From a candidate division FCPU426 bacterium (GTDB lineage Bacteria > Oederibacteriota > Muellerivitia > Muellerivitales > Muellerivitaceae): 64,000 nt of DNA. Below the pieces are notes generated by a model, which saw only the letters and a program-made list of their open reading frames with translations, was not told where the DNA came from and made no database searches. This document shows positions 50,210-60,150 of this stretch, one piece after another (within the stretch, counting starts at the first letter, position 1; the number at the start of each line of letters is the position of its first letter). The position numbers and the translations under genes were made by a program. The stretch spans positions 64,001-128,000 of the forward strand of contig CAVYSE010000018.1 of assembly GCA_963771075.1 (NCBI GenBank). Reading direction: 5' to 3'.

Positions 50210-52095
50210 GGAAACGAACCCTCCTCGCGCTTTTCCTTCTCTTTCTCATCCCCTGGAAGGGAACCCGGGCGGCGAATTCGCTCACGAGCGGGGCCGATTT
50301 CCTGTTGATGACCACCGGCGCCCGTCCGGACGGCATGGGACAGGCCTTCAGCGCCGTGGCGGACGATATCAACACCCTTACGTTCAACCCCGCGGGCCTG
50401 GGAAATATCAGGCTTCCCGAGGTCGGCTACGGCCACGAAAGTTTTTTCTCGGACATTAGTTATGATTTTTTGGGCGCGGCGGTACCGGCCGGCGAGCTGG
50501 GTGTTTTGGGTTTGGGCTACCTGGGCATGGGAACCCCGCCTTTCAACAGCACCGCCGACCCCGCCGCCGCAACCTCCTCCGTGATGGACCAGGCCTTTAT
50601 CGGGGCGTGGGGCAAGTCCTTTTACGACTTCCATGTGGGCGCGGCCCTTAAATACATCCAGGAAAAGGTGGACACGATCCAGGGAACGGGTTTCGCGGTG
50701 GACCTGGGCGCGCGTTTCCGGATCCTGCCCCAATTGACCCTGGCGGGCGCGGTTTTGAACCTCGGGTCGGGTATCCAATTTTCCTCGCTGGAACCCCTTC
50801 CGCTGGTGGCGAACACCGGGGTGGCTTGGAACGCCTATGAAGACCCGAACCACAGCCTGACCTTGGCGGGGGACGGTTCCTTTGAGGTGAACTCCAACCT
50901 CCAGCATTACAGCGTGGGCGCGGAGTATTGGTTCAAGGACATGGTGGCGTTGAGGGCCGGATACCTGGCGAATTCCCAGGATGAGGGATTTTCAGTCGGC
51001 GCGGGATTTAAGTACCAGTTTTTCCAGTTGGATTACGCCTTCGAGCCCTACAACCAACTCGGATCGGTCCACCGCTTTTCGGGTTTGTTGCGCTGGGACG
51101 GGCCTTGGGTCGCGGGCGGGGAACCCAACGCCCCGAAATATGTAACCGCCCGCCCGGGTCCGAGGGGGCTTGAAATCCGGTGGGATAAAGCGTTTGGCCC
51201 GGTCCATGCCTATGAGGTCCATATCCAGCCCTTGGATGGAAGGGAGGAGATGGTCAGCCCGGCGGTGATCAACCCGGTTTTCCTGTTCAAGGATTGGGAC
51301 CCCAAAACCCTTTATAAGATCACGGTTCGTTCCGTCGGGGAGGGGGGAGCCCACAGTTATCCCTCCAAGGAAACCTATTTCCTCTCCAAGGAAAGCGCAA
51401 ACCCCAGTCCCGCCGAGGCGGTTGAAAGCGATCGGCGGGGGAACCAGGTTTCCGTCGCCATCGGGTTGCAGGGCCAAGTGGACGGTATCGGATTACGCTT
51501 AACTTGGAATGCCCTGAATGGAAGCGATATGACCGGCTATTCCCTCTACCGCCAGTCTCCCTCGGGACAGGTGGAGAAGGTCAGCCAGGCGCTGAAAAAA
51601 AGGACCACCCTCTGGGTGATGGATGCCTCGGGTCTTTACGGCTGGACCTGGCTCGTGACAGGTGTTTACCGGGACGGACGGGAAAGGGTTTTGGGCGCCT
51701 ACCTCTGGTACCCTTCCGAGGAGGAATCGGACCGTTTGGCGGGTAAAAACCAATTACGGCTTTACGCCAGCCCCCAGCCCCATCGAAGGGTCTACCTGGA
51801 TTGGGACAAGGACCCGGAGGCCGCGGGTTATTCCCTATTGGTCAGCCGGGCCGGTGACGGCGTTTATGAGCTGTATCAAGAACTGGGCCGCGCCCATGCC
51901 AGCGGGTTGTTCACCGTGGGAGGGAAGCAGAACCCCTATTATTTCGTGGTGGGGTCCAAAAAGGGGGAGGGACAGTGGGCGAATCATACCAATGAAGCCA
52001 AGGCGGAGTTGTTCAACGAAATGCCCGAGATCAATCGAAATTCCTCCCCGGACCTGTTCGGGGGCCGGGAAGCTACGCCACTGGATGATTATTAA
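50206..52095 (+). CDS. PorV/PorQ-family outer-membrane barrel with C-terminal FN3-like domains
   Basis: GADFL...GARPDGMGQAF..ADD...NPAGL; LRAGY; LDYAF...LGSVHRFS. Confidence 0.8.
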   Translation: MRKRTLLALFLLFLIPWKGTRAANSLTSGADFLLMTTGARPDGMGQAFSAVADDINTLTFNPAGLGNIRLPEVGYGHESFFSDISYDFLGAAVPAGELGVLGLGYLGMGTPPFNSTADPAAATSSVMDQAFIGAWGKSFYDFHVGAALKYIQEKVDTIQGTGFAVDLGARFRILPQLTLAGAVLNLGSGIQFSSLEPLPLVANTGVAWNAYEDPNHSLTLAGDGSFEVNSNLQHYSVGAEYWFKDMVALRAGYLANSQDEGFSVGAGFKYQFFQLDYAFEPYNQLGSVHRFSGLLRWDGPWVAGGEPNAPKYVTARPGPRGLEIRWDKAFGPVHAYEVHIQPLDGREEMVSPAVINPVFLFKDWDPKTLYKITVRSVGEGGAHSYPSKETYFLSKESANPSPAEAVESDRRGNQVSVAIGLQGQVDGIGLRLTWNALNGSDMTGYSLYRQSPSGQVEKVSQALKKRTTLWVMDASGLYGWTWLVTGVYRDGRERVLGAYLWYPSEEESDRLAGKNQLRLYASPQPHRRVYLDWDKDPEAAGYSLLVSRAGDGVYELYQELGRAHASGLFTVGGKQNPYYFVVGSKKGEGQWANHTNEAKAELFNEMPEINRNSSPDLFGGREATPLDDY

Positions 52096-52126
52096 AAGCA
52101 AATCCCACAAACCCATCCCCTGAAAA

Positions 52127-53056
52127 ATGCGCCGATGGCGAAGAACCCTTTCTGTGGTTAAAATGTGGCGCTTCCTTAATGAGCCGCCCTCGAACCGAGC
52201 CGGCAAAGTGAAAACTCTTCAAAGGGTTCCATTGAAAAACACGCCCCGAAATTTCGAAGCCCGGGTCCTGGTCAACGAGCCGGCCGGGAACTATTTCCGA
52301 ATGATCTTCCAGGACCAGGGGGTCCTCCGGAAGGCCCTTCCAGGCCAATTCATCAATGTCCGCGTCTCGAAGGGACTGAACCCCCTTCTTCGCCGGCCCT
52401 TTTCCATCGCCCGGGTCCTGCCCGCTCCCAAAGGAAAGACCCGCGTCGAGATCCTTTACGCCCGCATGAGGGAAGGCACCCGGTTGTTGTCCCTCAAGAA
52501 ACCCGGAGAGACCATCGATGTGCTGGGCCCCCTGGGAAAGCCCTTCCCCTTTTTGGACCGGAAACACCCCGTTTTGATCGTGAGCGGGGGCATCGGGGTG
52601 GCGCCCCTGGTTTTCCTGGCCGAAGTCCTGAAACAAAAGAAAGTTCCCATGACCGTCTTTTTGGGGGCCCGGTCCGCGGGCGACTTGATTGACCTGGATG
52701 TATTCAAAAAGCTCAAGGTCCCTCTTTATATATCCACCGATGACGGATCCAAGGGCCAAAAGGGTTTCGTGACCCAATTGCTGGACGACTACCTGGACAA
52801 GGGCGAGATCCCCAAGGGCACCGTGATCTACGCCTGCGGGCCCCGGCCCATGTTCAAGGCGGTATCCATGGTGGGGGCGAAATTCGAGGTGCCGACCTAT
52901 CTATCCTGGGAAGAACACATGGGATGCGGCTTAGGGATCTGCCTGACCTGCGTCTGCCCGGTCAAGCGGGAGGATGGGACCATTCAAATGGTGCGGAGCT
53001 GTTACGAGGGCCCGGTTTTTGACGCGACGAAAGTGGAATGGGGGAAGCTGGGATGA
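52127..53056 (+). CDS. pyrK: Dihydroorotate dehydrogenase electron-transfer subunit (true start probably about 52208)
   Basis: PGQF, RRPFS, GGIGVAP, CGP, MGCGLGICLTC. Confidence 0.9.
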   Translation: MRRWRRTLSVVKMWRFLNEPPSNRAGKVKTLQRVPLKNTPRNFEARVLVNEPAGNYFRMIFQDQGVLRKALPGQFINVRVSKGLNPLLRRPFSIARVLPAPKGKTRVEILYARMREGTRLLSLKKPGETIDVLGPLGKPFPFLDRKHPVLIVSGGIGVAPLVFLAEVLKQKKVPMTVFLGARSAGDLIDLDVFKKLKVPLYISTDDGSKGQKGFVTQLLDDYLDKGEIPKGTVIYACGPRPMFKAVSMVGAKFEVPTYLSWEEHMGCGLGICLTCVCPVKREDGTIQMVRSCYEGPVFDATKVEWGKLG

Positions 53057-53092
53057 AAAACAATATATCCGGGGAATAGAAGGGAGCGGGTC

Positions 53093-53443
53093 ATGAAAAC
53101 TCAACACCGTCGCGCGCCTTCCTCGGAAGGGTTCTCCGACTACGAGGAACGCATCAAGGAACTAAAGAGGAAAAAGCCGGAGATATATAAGGCCCTCAAG
53201 AGCCCCGATCCGCTCGCCTGTTTGGCGTGGAACGTCATCGAACTTCGGGGCGATAAGGGATGGAGCCAGCAGGAATTGTCCCATCGGGCCGGGGTGGCCA
53301 AAAGGGTGATTGCTTATATTGAAGCCTACGAATCCTTCACGGAAAGCTACAATGCCTCCGTGAAACTCTTGATCAAAATCAGCCGGGCCCTGGGGGTTTC
53401 CTTTTCCAGGCTTTTCCAAGAAGTGGACTTGACGAAGGTATAA
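53093..53443 (+). CDS. XRE-family HTH protein (orphan antitoxin-like)
   Basis: LRGDKGWSQQELSHRAGV...IAYIE. Confidence 0.78.
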   Translation: MKTQHRRAPSSEGFSDYEERIKELKRKKPEIYKALKSPDPLACLAWNVIELRGDKGWSQQELSHRAGVAKRVIAYIEAYESFTESYNASVKLLIKISRALGVSFSRLFQEVDLTKV

Positions 53444-53476
53444 GCGCCAACTCGGAAAGAAACGATCGAATCAATC

Positions 53477-54433
53477 ATGAAAAAGAAAAAACCTGCAAAA
53501 CTCAAGCCGACGGCTAAGGCTCCCGACATGGGCGTCACCATCGGCAAGCTCAAGATGGTCAATCCCGTCATGGTGGCTTCGGGTTGTTTCGGCTATGGCG
53601 AGGAAATTTCCAAGTTCTATCCCTTGAAGCGATTGGGCGCCATTATGGTGAAGGGAACGACCCTGGAACCCCGGCAGGGCAACCTGTTGCCCCGCATGGC
53701 GGAAACCCCCTCGGGCATGTTGAATTCCATCGGATTGCAAAACGTCGGGGTGGAAGCCTTCCTGAAAGAAAAGATGCCCTTTTTGCGGAAGGCCGGCGTA
53801 CCGGTGGTGGTGAATATCAACGGCCGGACCATCGAGGAATACGCCGAACTGGCGGCCCGGTTGGACGGGCAACCCGGCATCGGCGCACTGGAAGTGAATA
53901 TCTCCTGTCCCAATGTGAAGGAGGGAGGGATCGAGTTCGGTTCCAACCCCGAAATGGCCGCGCGGGTAGTCACGGCGGTGCGAAAAGCCACCACCCACAC
54001 CCTGATCACCAAGCTTTCCCCCAACGTTACCAGCGTGAAGGTGATCGCCCGAGCCTGCGTGGAGGCCGGTTCGGACGCCCTCTCGGCCATCAATACGCTG
54101 GTGGGCATGGCCATCGACGCCAAGACTCGCAAGCCCCTGCTCCGTCAAGTGACCGGCGGCCTGTCCGGACCGGCCGTCAAGCCCATTGGCCTCCGGGTGG
54201 TTTACCAGATCCGGCAGGAAGTGAAAGTTCCTATCGTGGGCATGGGGGGCATCGTGACGGGAGAGGACGCGGCGGAATATATGCTGGCCGGCGCCTCGGC
54301 GGTGGCGGTGGGGACCGCCAATTATTTGGAGCCGAGGGCGGCGTTGAACGTGGTGGAGGGCCTGGAAAAATACATGGTGGAACAAAAAATCCGGAATGTT
54401 TCCTCTTTGGTCGGAGGGCTGATTGTTCCTTAA
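53477..54433 (+). CDS. pyrD: Dihydroorotate dehydrogenase B, catalytic subunit
   Basis: ASGCFG, NSIGLQN, NISCPNV, KLSPN, GGLSG. Confidence 0.95.
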   Translation: MKKKKPAKLKPTAKAPDMGVTIGKLKMVNPVMVASGCFGYGEEISKFYPLKRLGAIMVKGTTLEPRQGNLLPRMAETPSGMLNSIGLQNVGVEAFLKEKMPFLRKAGVPVVVNINGRTIEEYAELAARLDGQPGIGALEVNISCPNVKEGGIEFGSNPEMAARVVTAVRKATTHTLITKLSPNVTSVKVIARACVEAGSDALSAINTLVGMAIDAKTRKPLLRQVTGGLSGPAVKPIGLRVVYQIRQEVKVPIVGMGGIVTGEDAAEYMLAGASAVAVGTANYLEPRAALNVVEGLEKYMVEQKIRNVSSLVGGLIVP

Positions 54434-54905
54434 ACCATTACTCCCGGCTCTCATTCTCTTTTCGTCTTTTTTGTTTGTGGGGTGTGTGCCCATCCGGCAA
54501 TTGGTGGAGCGCGGGAACCACGAGGCGTCTTCCTCCCATGCGGCGACCCTTGAATTGGATCGGGTCGAAAAACCCATCGGGAAAGACGATTGGAAAAACG
54601 AGATGGAAGGAATCGCTTCCTGGTACGGGGAGGATTTCAACGGCCACCTGACCGCCAACGGCGAGGTCTACGACATGTACGCCTTCACGGCCGCGCACAA
54701 AACCCTTCCCTTGGGAACGGTGGTCAAGGTCACCGACGAGGAAAACGGGATGACCACCCAGGTGCGGATCAATGACCGCGGGCCTTACGTGACCGGCCGG
54801 ATCATCGACCTATCCCGCACCGCCGCGCGGGCGCTGGGAATGCGCGGGGAGGGAACCGCCCGGGTAAAATTGGAAATCGTGAGCTGGCCGAAGAATCAGG
54901 ACTAA
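54423..54905 (+). CDS. rlpA: RlpA-family lipoprotein
   Basis: Lipobox FVGC; GIASWYG, TAAHKTLP, RINDRGP, IIDLS. Confidence 0.9.
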   Translation: MFLKPLLPALILFSSFLFVGCVPIRQLVERGNHEASSSHAATLELDRVEKPIGKDDWKNEMEGIASWYGEDFNGHLTANGEVYDMYAFTAAHKTLPLGTVVKVTDEENGMTTQVRINDRGPYVTGRIIDLSRTAARALGMRGEGTARVKLEIVSWPKNQD

Positions 54906-55072
54906 GTCAGCGCAAGGTTTTCCTTGCGTTTCTTGATTTCCCTTTCGATTTCCAGCAGGCAACTCACGCAAAAATACCACCCGTCCTTATTCACCAGATT
55001 TTTTCCCACGGTCCCCTTTTTTTTACAAAAATCGCATTCTTGAAAAAGACTTTCCTGGGTTTGGGTCGGCAT
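54902..55072 (-). CDS. 56-aa C4 zinc-finger protein (below the ORF-track cutoff)
   Basis: AGGAGGT RBS; MPTQTQESLFQECDFC...WYFCVSCLLEIERE... Confidence 0.65.
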   Translation of the reverse strand: MPTQTQESLFQECDFCKKKGTVGKNLVNKDGWYFCVSCLLEIEREIKKRKENLALT

Positions 55073-55206
55073 AAAACACCTCCTGCGCTTGATACGAATA
55101 GGTTAGGGAAGGAGGATTAAATAACTGTAACGAATCCCAAAATGATTAGTTACAATGGCGTCGGTTCGGGAAAAATCGCCCACTTTTTTGCGTCCACAGG
55201 CTGAAA

Positions 55207-56034
55207 GTGATGACTATGACAACCTTCTCGGAAAAATTGAAAGCCGCGACCCAGCGCACGAAAGCCTGCCTTTGCGTGGGGCTGGACGTGGACCTGGCCA
55301 AGATGCCCAAGGGCCTTTCCCGCGACTCCGAGGGGATCCTGCGATTCTGCCGATCCATCGTGGAGGCCACCCGCGACCTGGCGGTGGCCTATAAACCCAA
55401 CCTGGCTTTTTTTGAGTCCCTGGGGCCGCGGGGTTTCGAGATCCTCGAACTCATCCGCCAGTCCGTCCCTTACGACTGCCTGTTCGTCGCCGACGCCAAG
55501 CGGGGAGATATCGGTAACACCTCCCAGGCCTATGCCCGGGCTTTTTACGGGCTTTTGAAATCCGACGCGGTGACCCTTTCCCCCTATATGGGGAAGGATT
55601 CCATCGATCCCTTCCTCGAATATCCCGGCACCTGTTCCTTTGTCCTTTGCCTGACTTCCAATCCCTCCGCGGCGGATTTCCAGCTGCAAACCTTGCAAGG
55701 CGGGGAGAAGCTTTATGAGAGGGTGGCCAAGACCGCCGTGGGCTGGGGAAAGGATAAAAAAGGCGAGATCGGCCTGGTCGTGGGCGCCACCCAGGCCCAA
55801 TACGTCAAGGAACTGAGGGCGATCGCCCCCGATACCGTTTTTCTGGTTCCGGGGGTGGGAACCCAGGGCGGGGACCTGCAGTCGGTATTGAAAGAAGGAC
55901 GATCCAAGGATGGATACGGGGTCCTGATCAACGTTTCCCGGCAGATGCTTTACGCCTCCGCCGAGAATGATTACGCCGACGCGGCCCGGGAACAGGCGCA
56001 AAAGCTGGTGAACGAGATGAAGGCGTACTTCTAG
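55207..56034 (+). CDS. pyrF: Orotidine-5'-phosphate decarboxylase
   Basis: CVGLD, YKPN, DAKRGDIGNT, VVGAT, PGVGTQGG. Confidence 0.95.
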   Translation: MMTMTTFSEKLKAATQRTKACLCVGLDVDLAKMPKGLSRDSEGILRFCRSIVEATRDLAVAYKPNLAFFESLGPRGFEILELIRQSVPYDCLFVADAKRGDIGNTSQAYARAFYGLLKSDAVTLSPYMGKDSIDPFLEYPGTCSFVLCLTSNPSAADFQLQTLQGGEKLYERVAKTAVGWGKDKKGEIGLVVGATQAQYVKELRAIAPDTVFLVPGVGTQGGDLQSVLKEGRSKDGYGVLINVSRQMLYASAENDYADAAREQAQKLVNEMKAYF

Positions 56035-56040
56035 GATTAT

Positions 56041-56516
56041 CGCCAAGACACGAAGACACGAAGGAAATCCAAATGGATTTTGTTCAAACGGACAAAGCCA
56101 TGATGAAAATAGACGATGATACGGAAAGAATCGCCAAGGAAATTGTCGATTCGGCTTATCAAGTCCACAATCTTTTAGGCCCTGGCCTCTTAGAGAGTGC
56201 TTACGAAGTATGTCTGGCTCACGAATTAGAACTTAGGGGCTTAAAAATTGAACGCCAGGTGGAAGTGCCTTTTGAGTATAAAGGAATTCGTATAGACGCA
56301 GGATTTGTTGGTGGAAAAGCGAGTTATCGTGGAAGTTAAGGCGATGGAGGGTTTGCTTCCCGTTCACCGATATCAGTTGATCACTTATTTAAAGCTTTCA
56401 AAACACAATCTGGGTTTTCTTGTAAACTTTAATGAATCTGTCATCAAGAATGGACTAAAACGAATTATTCTTTCAAAGTAATGATTCATCGTTTTTCGCG
56501 TCTTGGCGTCTTCGCG
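56041..56516. repeat. Inverted octamer-repeat arms flanking the GxxExxY gene
   Basis: CGCCAAGACACGAAGACACGAAG (56041) and TTCGCGTCTTGGCGTCTTCGCG (56495). Confidence 0.75.
56073..56481 (+). pseudogene. GxxExxY protein with small frameshifting deletion near 56305
   Basis: LGPGLLESAYE; RIDAGF, then [11 protein letters not shown]...QLITYLKL...NFN in another frame; the usual RxD residues are missing. Confidence 0.85.
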
Positions 56517-56542
56517 ATTAAACTTTGAAGTTCGGGGGGAAA

Positions 56543-57124
56543 ATGACGAACGACGAAGTCCTGAAAATATTCGAGGAAACACACGCCCTCTTGAAGGGGC
56601 ATTTCCGCCTTTCCTCGGGCCGCCACAGCGACCGGTATTTACAATGCGCCCTGGTGTTGCAATATCCCTGGCAGGCGGAGAAGCTAGGGCAAGCCCTCGC
56701 GGAAAAAGTCAAGGAATTGAAGCCCCAGGCGGTTCTTTCGCCCGCCATGGGCGGGCTTTTCGTGGGGCATGAACTGGCCCGCGCGCTCAAGGTCCGGTCG
56801 ATCTTCACCGAACGCAACAAGGAAACCGACGCCATGGAACTCAAAAGGGGTTTTACCGTGGAAAAGGGCGAGAGGATCTTCACCGTCGAGGATATATTCA
56901 CGACCGGGAAATCCGTCAAGGAATCCTACCAGGTGGTCCGCAATATGGGCGCCGAGGTGGTAGGCGTGGGATGCCTGATCGACCGCAGCGGCGGCGAAAT
57001 TGCCTTTGACGTGCCGGTCCGTTCGCTGGCGTCCTTGAAGGTGGAAAGCTGGGAAGAGAAGGATTGCGCCCTTTGCAAACAGGGGATGCCGGTGGTGAAA
57101 CCCGGTTCCCGGTCCAAATTCTAA
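56543..57124 (+). CDS. pyrE: Orotate phosphoribosyltransferase
   Basis: GHFRLSSGRHS, VEDIFTTGKS, KPGSR. Confidence 0.95.
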   Translation: MTNDEVLKIFEETHALLKGHFRLSSGRHSDRYLQCALVLQYPWQAEKLGQALAEKVKELKPQAVLSPAMGGLFVGHELARALKVRSIFTERNKETDAMELKRGFTVEKGERIFTVEDIFTTGKSVKESYQVVRNMGAEVVGVGCLIDRSGGEIAFDVPVRSLASLKVESWEEKDCALCKQGMPVVKPGSRSKF

Positions 57125-57149
57125 GGAAAACGTCAACTTCAAGGATTAG

Positions 57150-57278
57150 CGCCAAGACACGAAGAAGAGTAGGCATAAAATGAACGGGGTTAACCAATTA
57201 GGAGTGTAAAAGGAATAAGTCTTTGACTTTAGTGTTCGCACGAAGAACTTGTTTTCTTGGGGCCTTCGTGTCTTGGCG
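57150..57278. repeat. 129-bp gene-less element with perfect 15-bp IR of the octamer family
   Basis: CGCCAAGACACGAAG / CTTCGTGTCTTGGCG. Confidence 0.8.
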
Positions 57279-57311
57279 ATGGATTTGAAGTTAATCGATA
57301 ATGAGGTTTGA

Positions 57312-57596
57312 ATGCCCGAAAAGAAACCCCAACCTAAGACCGATTCCTCTCCCGCCGACCGAAACACGGTCCGGGAATATATCCAGGCGAACCTGCTGGT
57401 ATGGGGTTTCCTGGTATTGCTGGGAATCATCGCCTTCTTCTTCGTGTGCGGGGGAGTTTGGGATGACGTGTCCGAGGGGACCCTGGAATTCCTTTTCGTG
57501 ATCATGGGCGGCGGCTTTACCCTGGTATCCGCCTTGGACTATCTTTACGACCGGAATTTCCGCGCCCAAGCCGCCAACGAGGAGGAACATTCTTGA
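57312..57596 (+). CDS. Small two-TM membrane protein
   Basis: GAGG RBS, two hydrophobic helices, coupled to the next ORF. Confidence 0.6.
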   Translation: MPEKKPQPKTDSSPADRNTVREYIQANLLVWGFLVLLGIIAFFFVCGGVWDDVSEGTLEFLFVIMGGGFTLVSALDYLYDRNFRAQAANEEEHS

Positions 57597-58654
57597 ACTC
57601 TTTCTTGAATAAAAGGATTGCGCTGTTTCTGGCCTGGACCCTCCTGTTTTCCCCCGGGATGACCGCCCTTTCCTTCGCCCAGGCGGCGAATGCCACGGGG
57701 GCGAATGCCATGGCGGCGAACACACCTTTGGCATCGTCGGCCAACGCGGCCGCGACCCCTTCGCCGGCCGACCCCGACGAGCTTTCCACGATCCAGCACC
57801 TGGCCCAAGCCGGTTATTTAGGCGATCAAAAGGCCAAATACCTTTCTGAAAACTTGACCGAGGACCAGATTACGGACGCGTTATTGGCCATTTATGAACA
57901 GCTTTCCGCCGTGGATTCCAAGACCCTATCCCCTGGAAACAAACAATATACGCTGGATGATTTGCAGGCCCTCCAGGCGCTGGTCAAGGATAAGGCGGAG
58001 GATATCCGTGCCCGGAAGGTTTCCTCCTGGCGTTTTGATAACAAGATCCAGAAGATGATCGCGGCCCTCGGCGGAACCGCCCCTGCCCCGGCCAGTACGG
58101 CCGCGCCCCCGCCCACCGCGACTGTCCTTCCCGCAGCGCCCACCGCGACCCCTACCCCGGTCGTCACGCCCGGCCCTTCACGGCAGGAGTTCGAAAGTTT
58201 GAAATCCAACCTCCAGGATTTGGACCGGAAAACCCTGGACATCCAAAAGAGCTATGACCTGAAAGCCGATGAAATCGCCAAAAGCAACGATGAAATGAAG
58301 AAATCCAACGCGGAGGTCCGGGAACAGCTGGACCTGGTGAAAAACCTCATCGACCGGGTCCAGGAAGACCTTCAAAAGACGGAAAACCGCCTGGAGCAGG
58401 TGAGCCAAAAGGCGGAGGAAAAGAACATCACGGACACGGAGCTGGAGCAGGAATTAACGGTCATGCACAAGGATATGAGGGATAATGTGCAGGATGTGAG
58501 CGTACTCAAGCAGGAAGTGGCGAAGTTGGATAAGAGCGGCGAGGTCAAGAGCGAGAACGTGCTGGACCAGGTCCTTGACTCGAAATGGCTCGCGGGCGGG
58601 GCCCTGGTGGTCGGGTTGGCCGCCTTGGTGGTGGGTTTAAGCAACCATAAGTAA
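57593..58654 (+). CDS. Exported coiled-coil protein with C-terminal hydrophobic anchor
   Basis: Signal peptide, Pro/Thr linker, long heptad region, terminal TM. Confidence 0.7.
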   Translation: MNSFLNKRIALFLAWTLLFSPGMTALSFAQAANATGANAMAANTPLASSANAAATPSPADPDELSTIQHLAQAGYLGDQKAKYLSENLTEDQITDALLAIYEQLSAVDSKTLSPGNKQYTLDDLQALQALVKDKAEDIRARKVSSWRFDNKIQKMIAALGGTAPAPASTAAPPPTATVLPAAPTATPTPVVTPGPSRQEFESLKSNLQDLDRKTLDIQKSYDLKADEIAKSNDEMKKSNAEVREQLDLVKNLIDRVQEDLQKTENRLEQVSQKAEEKNITDTELEQELTVMHKDMRDNVQDVSVLKQEVAKLDKSGEVKSENVLDQVLDSKWLAGGALVVGLAALVVGLSNHK

Positions 58655-58729
58655 ACCGGGGGTTGTTCTGGAACCGCCGGTAAGGTGGGGCGGGTAAATT
58701 TAAAAGAGTTTTGAATAAAGGAGCGGACC

Positions 58730-59380
58730 ATGTTCTTAGGACATTATGGGGTCGGGATGGCGGCGAAAAAGATCGCCCCAAAAACTTCCCTGGGCATTCT
58801 CCTGGCGGCGGCCCAGTGGCTGGACATTCTCTGGCCGCTTTTCCTGATCCTGGGCATCGAGCATGTACGCATCACGCCTAATTGGACCAAGCTCAGCCCG
58901 TTGGAGTTTTACGACTTTCCCATGTCCCACAGCCTCCTGATGGTCGGCTTTTGGGCCTTGCTATGGTGGCTGGTTTCCACGGCCCTTAAGATGAACTGGA
59001 AAGTCTCGCTGATCCTTCCGGGCCTGGTCGTGAGCCATTGGGTCTTGGACCTGCTGGTCCACCGCCCGGACCTTCCGCTGACGCCGCGAAGCAGCACGGT
59101 GATGGGATTGGGATTGTGGAACTATCCCATCTGGACCATCAACCTCGAGTTCATCCTATTGATCGTCGGATTCGCCCTCTATATCGGCTGCACGGAGGCA
59201 AAAGATAGGATCGGTTCCATCGGTCCTTGGGTCTTGACCGGCTTTCTCGTGGCCGTCTATGTGGCCAGCCTGGTGTCCCCGCCGCCGCCCTCATCGGATT
59301 TCGTCGCCTGGATGGCCCTTTCCCTATGGGCGCTTTACCCCATCGCCCATTGGATCGACCGGCACCGTAAGCCTGCCTGA
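58730..59380 (+). CDS. Membrane-bound metal-dependent hydrolase (YdjM-like)
   Basis: MFLGH, LDILW, SHSL, SHWVLDLLVH. Confidence 0.8.
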   Translation: MFLGHYGVGMAAKKIAPKTSLGILLAAAQWLDILWPLFLILGIEHVRITPNWTKLSPLEFYDFPMSHSLLMVGFWALLWWLVSTALKMNWKVSLILPGLVVSHWVLDLLVHRPDLPLTPRSSTVMGLGLWNYPIWTINLEFILLIVGFALYIGCTEAKDRIGSIGPWVLTGFLVAVYVASLVSPPPPSSDFVAWMALSLWALYPIAHWIDRHRKPA

Positions 59381-59382
59381 AC

Positions 59383-59823
59383 ATGAAGCCCATTACGGTC
59401 CGGAAGGCCAACGATTCGGACGAAAGCGCCCTGGCGCTGGTATACCGGGCCGTCTTTTCCTCCCCCCCCTACCAGGAACCCTGGACCGACCACGCGGCAC
59501 GGTTACGGGTGCGCCAGCTTCTCCAGGCCATCGACGGCATGGGTTGGGTCGTGACCCTTTACGGCCAGCCTGTAGGTTTTGCCTTCATTCAAATGAAAGA
59601 GGGATACAACGGCAGCTACGTGGAACTTTTAGAAACCGCGGTGCACCCCTATCTTCAGGGCCAAGGAATGGGGAGCCTCCTGATGGGGGAAGTCCTGAAG
59701 TTCAAAAGGTCCAAGAAATTGAAAACCCTCTATGGGGTTTGTTTGAATCCAAAACTCGGAACCTTTTTCAAGAAATGCGGGTTTAAACTTTCAAAACGGG
59801 CAAGACTTTGGTCCAAACTTTGA
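59383..59823 (+). CDS. GNAT acetyltransferase
   Basis: AVHPYLQGQGMGSLL, FFKKCGF. Confidence 0.85.
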   Translation: MKPITVRKANDSDESALALVYRAVFSSPPYQEPWTDHAARLRVRQLLQAIDGMGWVVTLYGQPVGFAFIQMKEGYNGSYVELLETAVHPYLQGQGMGSLLMGEVLKFKRSKKLKTLYGVCLNPKLGTFFKKCGFKLSKRARLWSKL

Positions 59824-59985
59824 TGTTCGATGTGAAAATTGACACTTTTGAATTAAATCGATAGAAATTTAACGTTTAAACCCTTTTAAATAGCTAAAAA
59901 CGTATCAAGACCCCCCGAAAACTTAGTTTTTGATGGTATGGAAAATGCTTTTCCTAAATGAAACGATTCTTTTCAAGGGGATAGC

Positions 59986-60129
59986 ATGGCTCGGGTTTGG
60001 ATCCTACTTATGGGTTTGGTCTTAATGACTTTGGCTTTTGCTTGCGCTTCGCGAAGCCTGCAATCGCCGGTGAATCCCGAACAGGGCCTCACCCTCGTTC
60101 CCACCGCGACCTTGACGCCGACACAATAA
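59986..60129 (+). CDS. Putative 47-aa lipoprotein
   Basis: AAGGGG RBS; MARVWILLMGLVLMTLAFAC + PTATLTPT tail. Confidence 0.5.
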   Translation: MARVWILLMGLVLMTLAFACASRSLQSPVNPEQGLTLVPTATLTPTQ

Positions 60130-60150
60130 GACACTGATTCAAGCTGGCCT

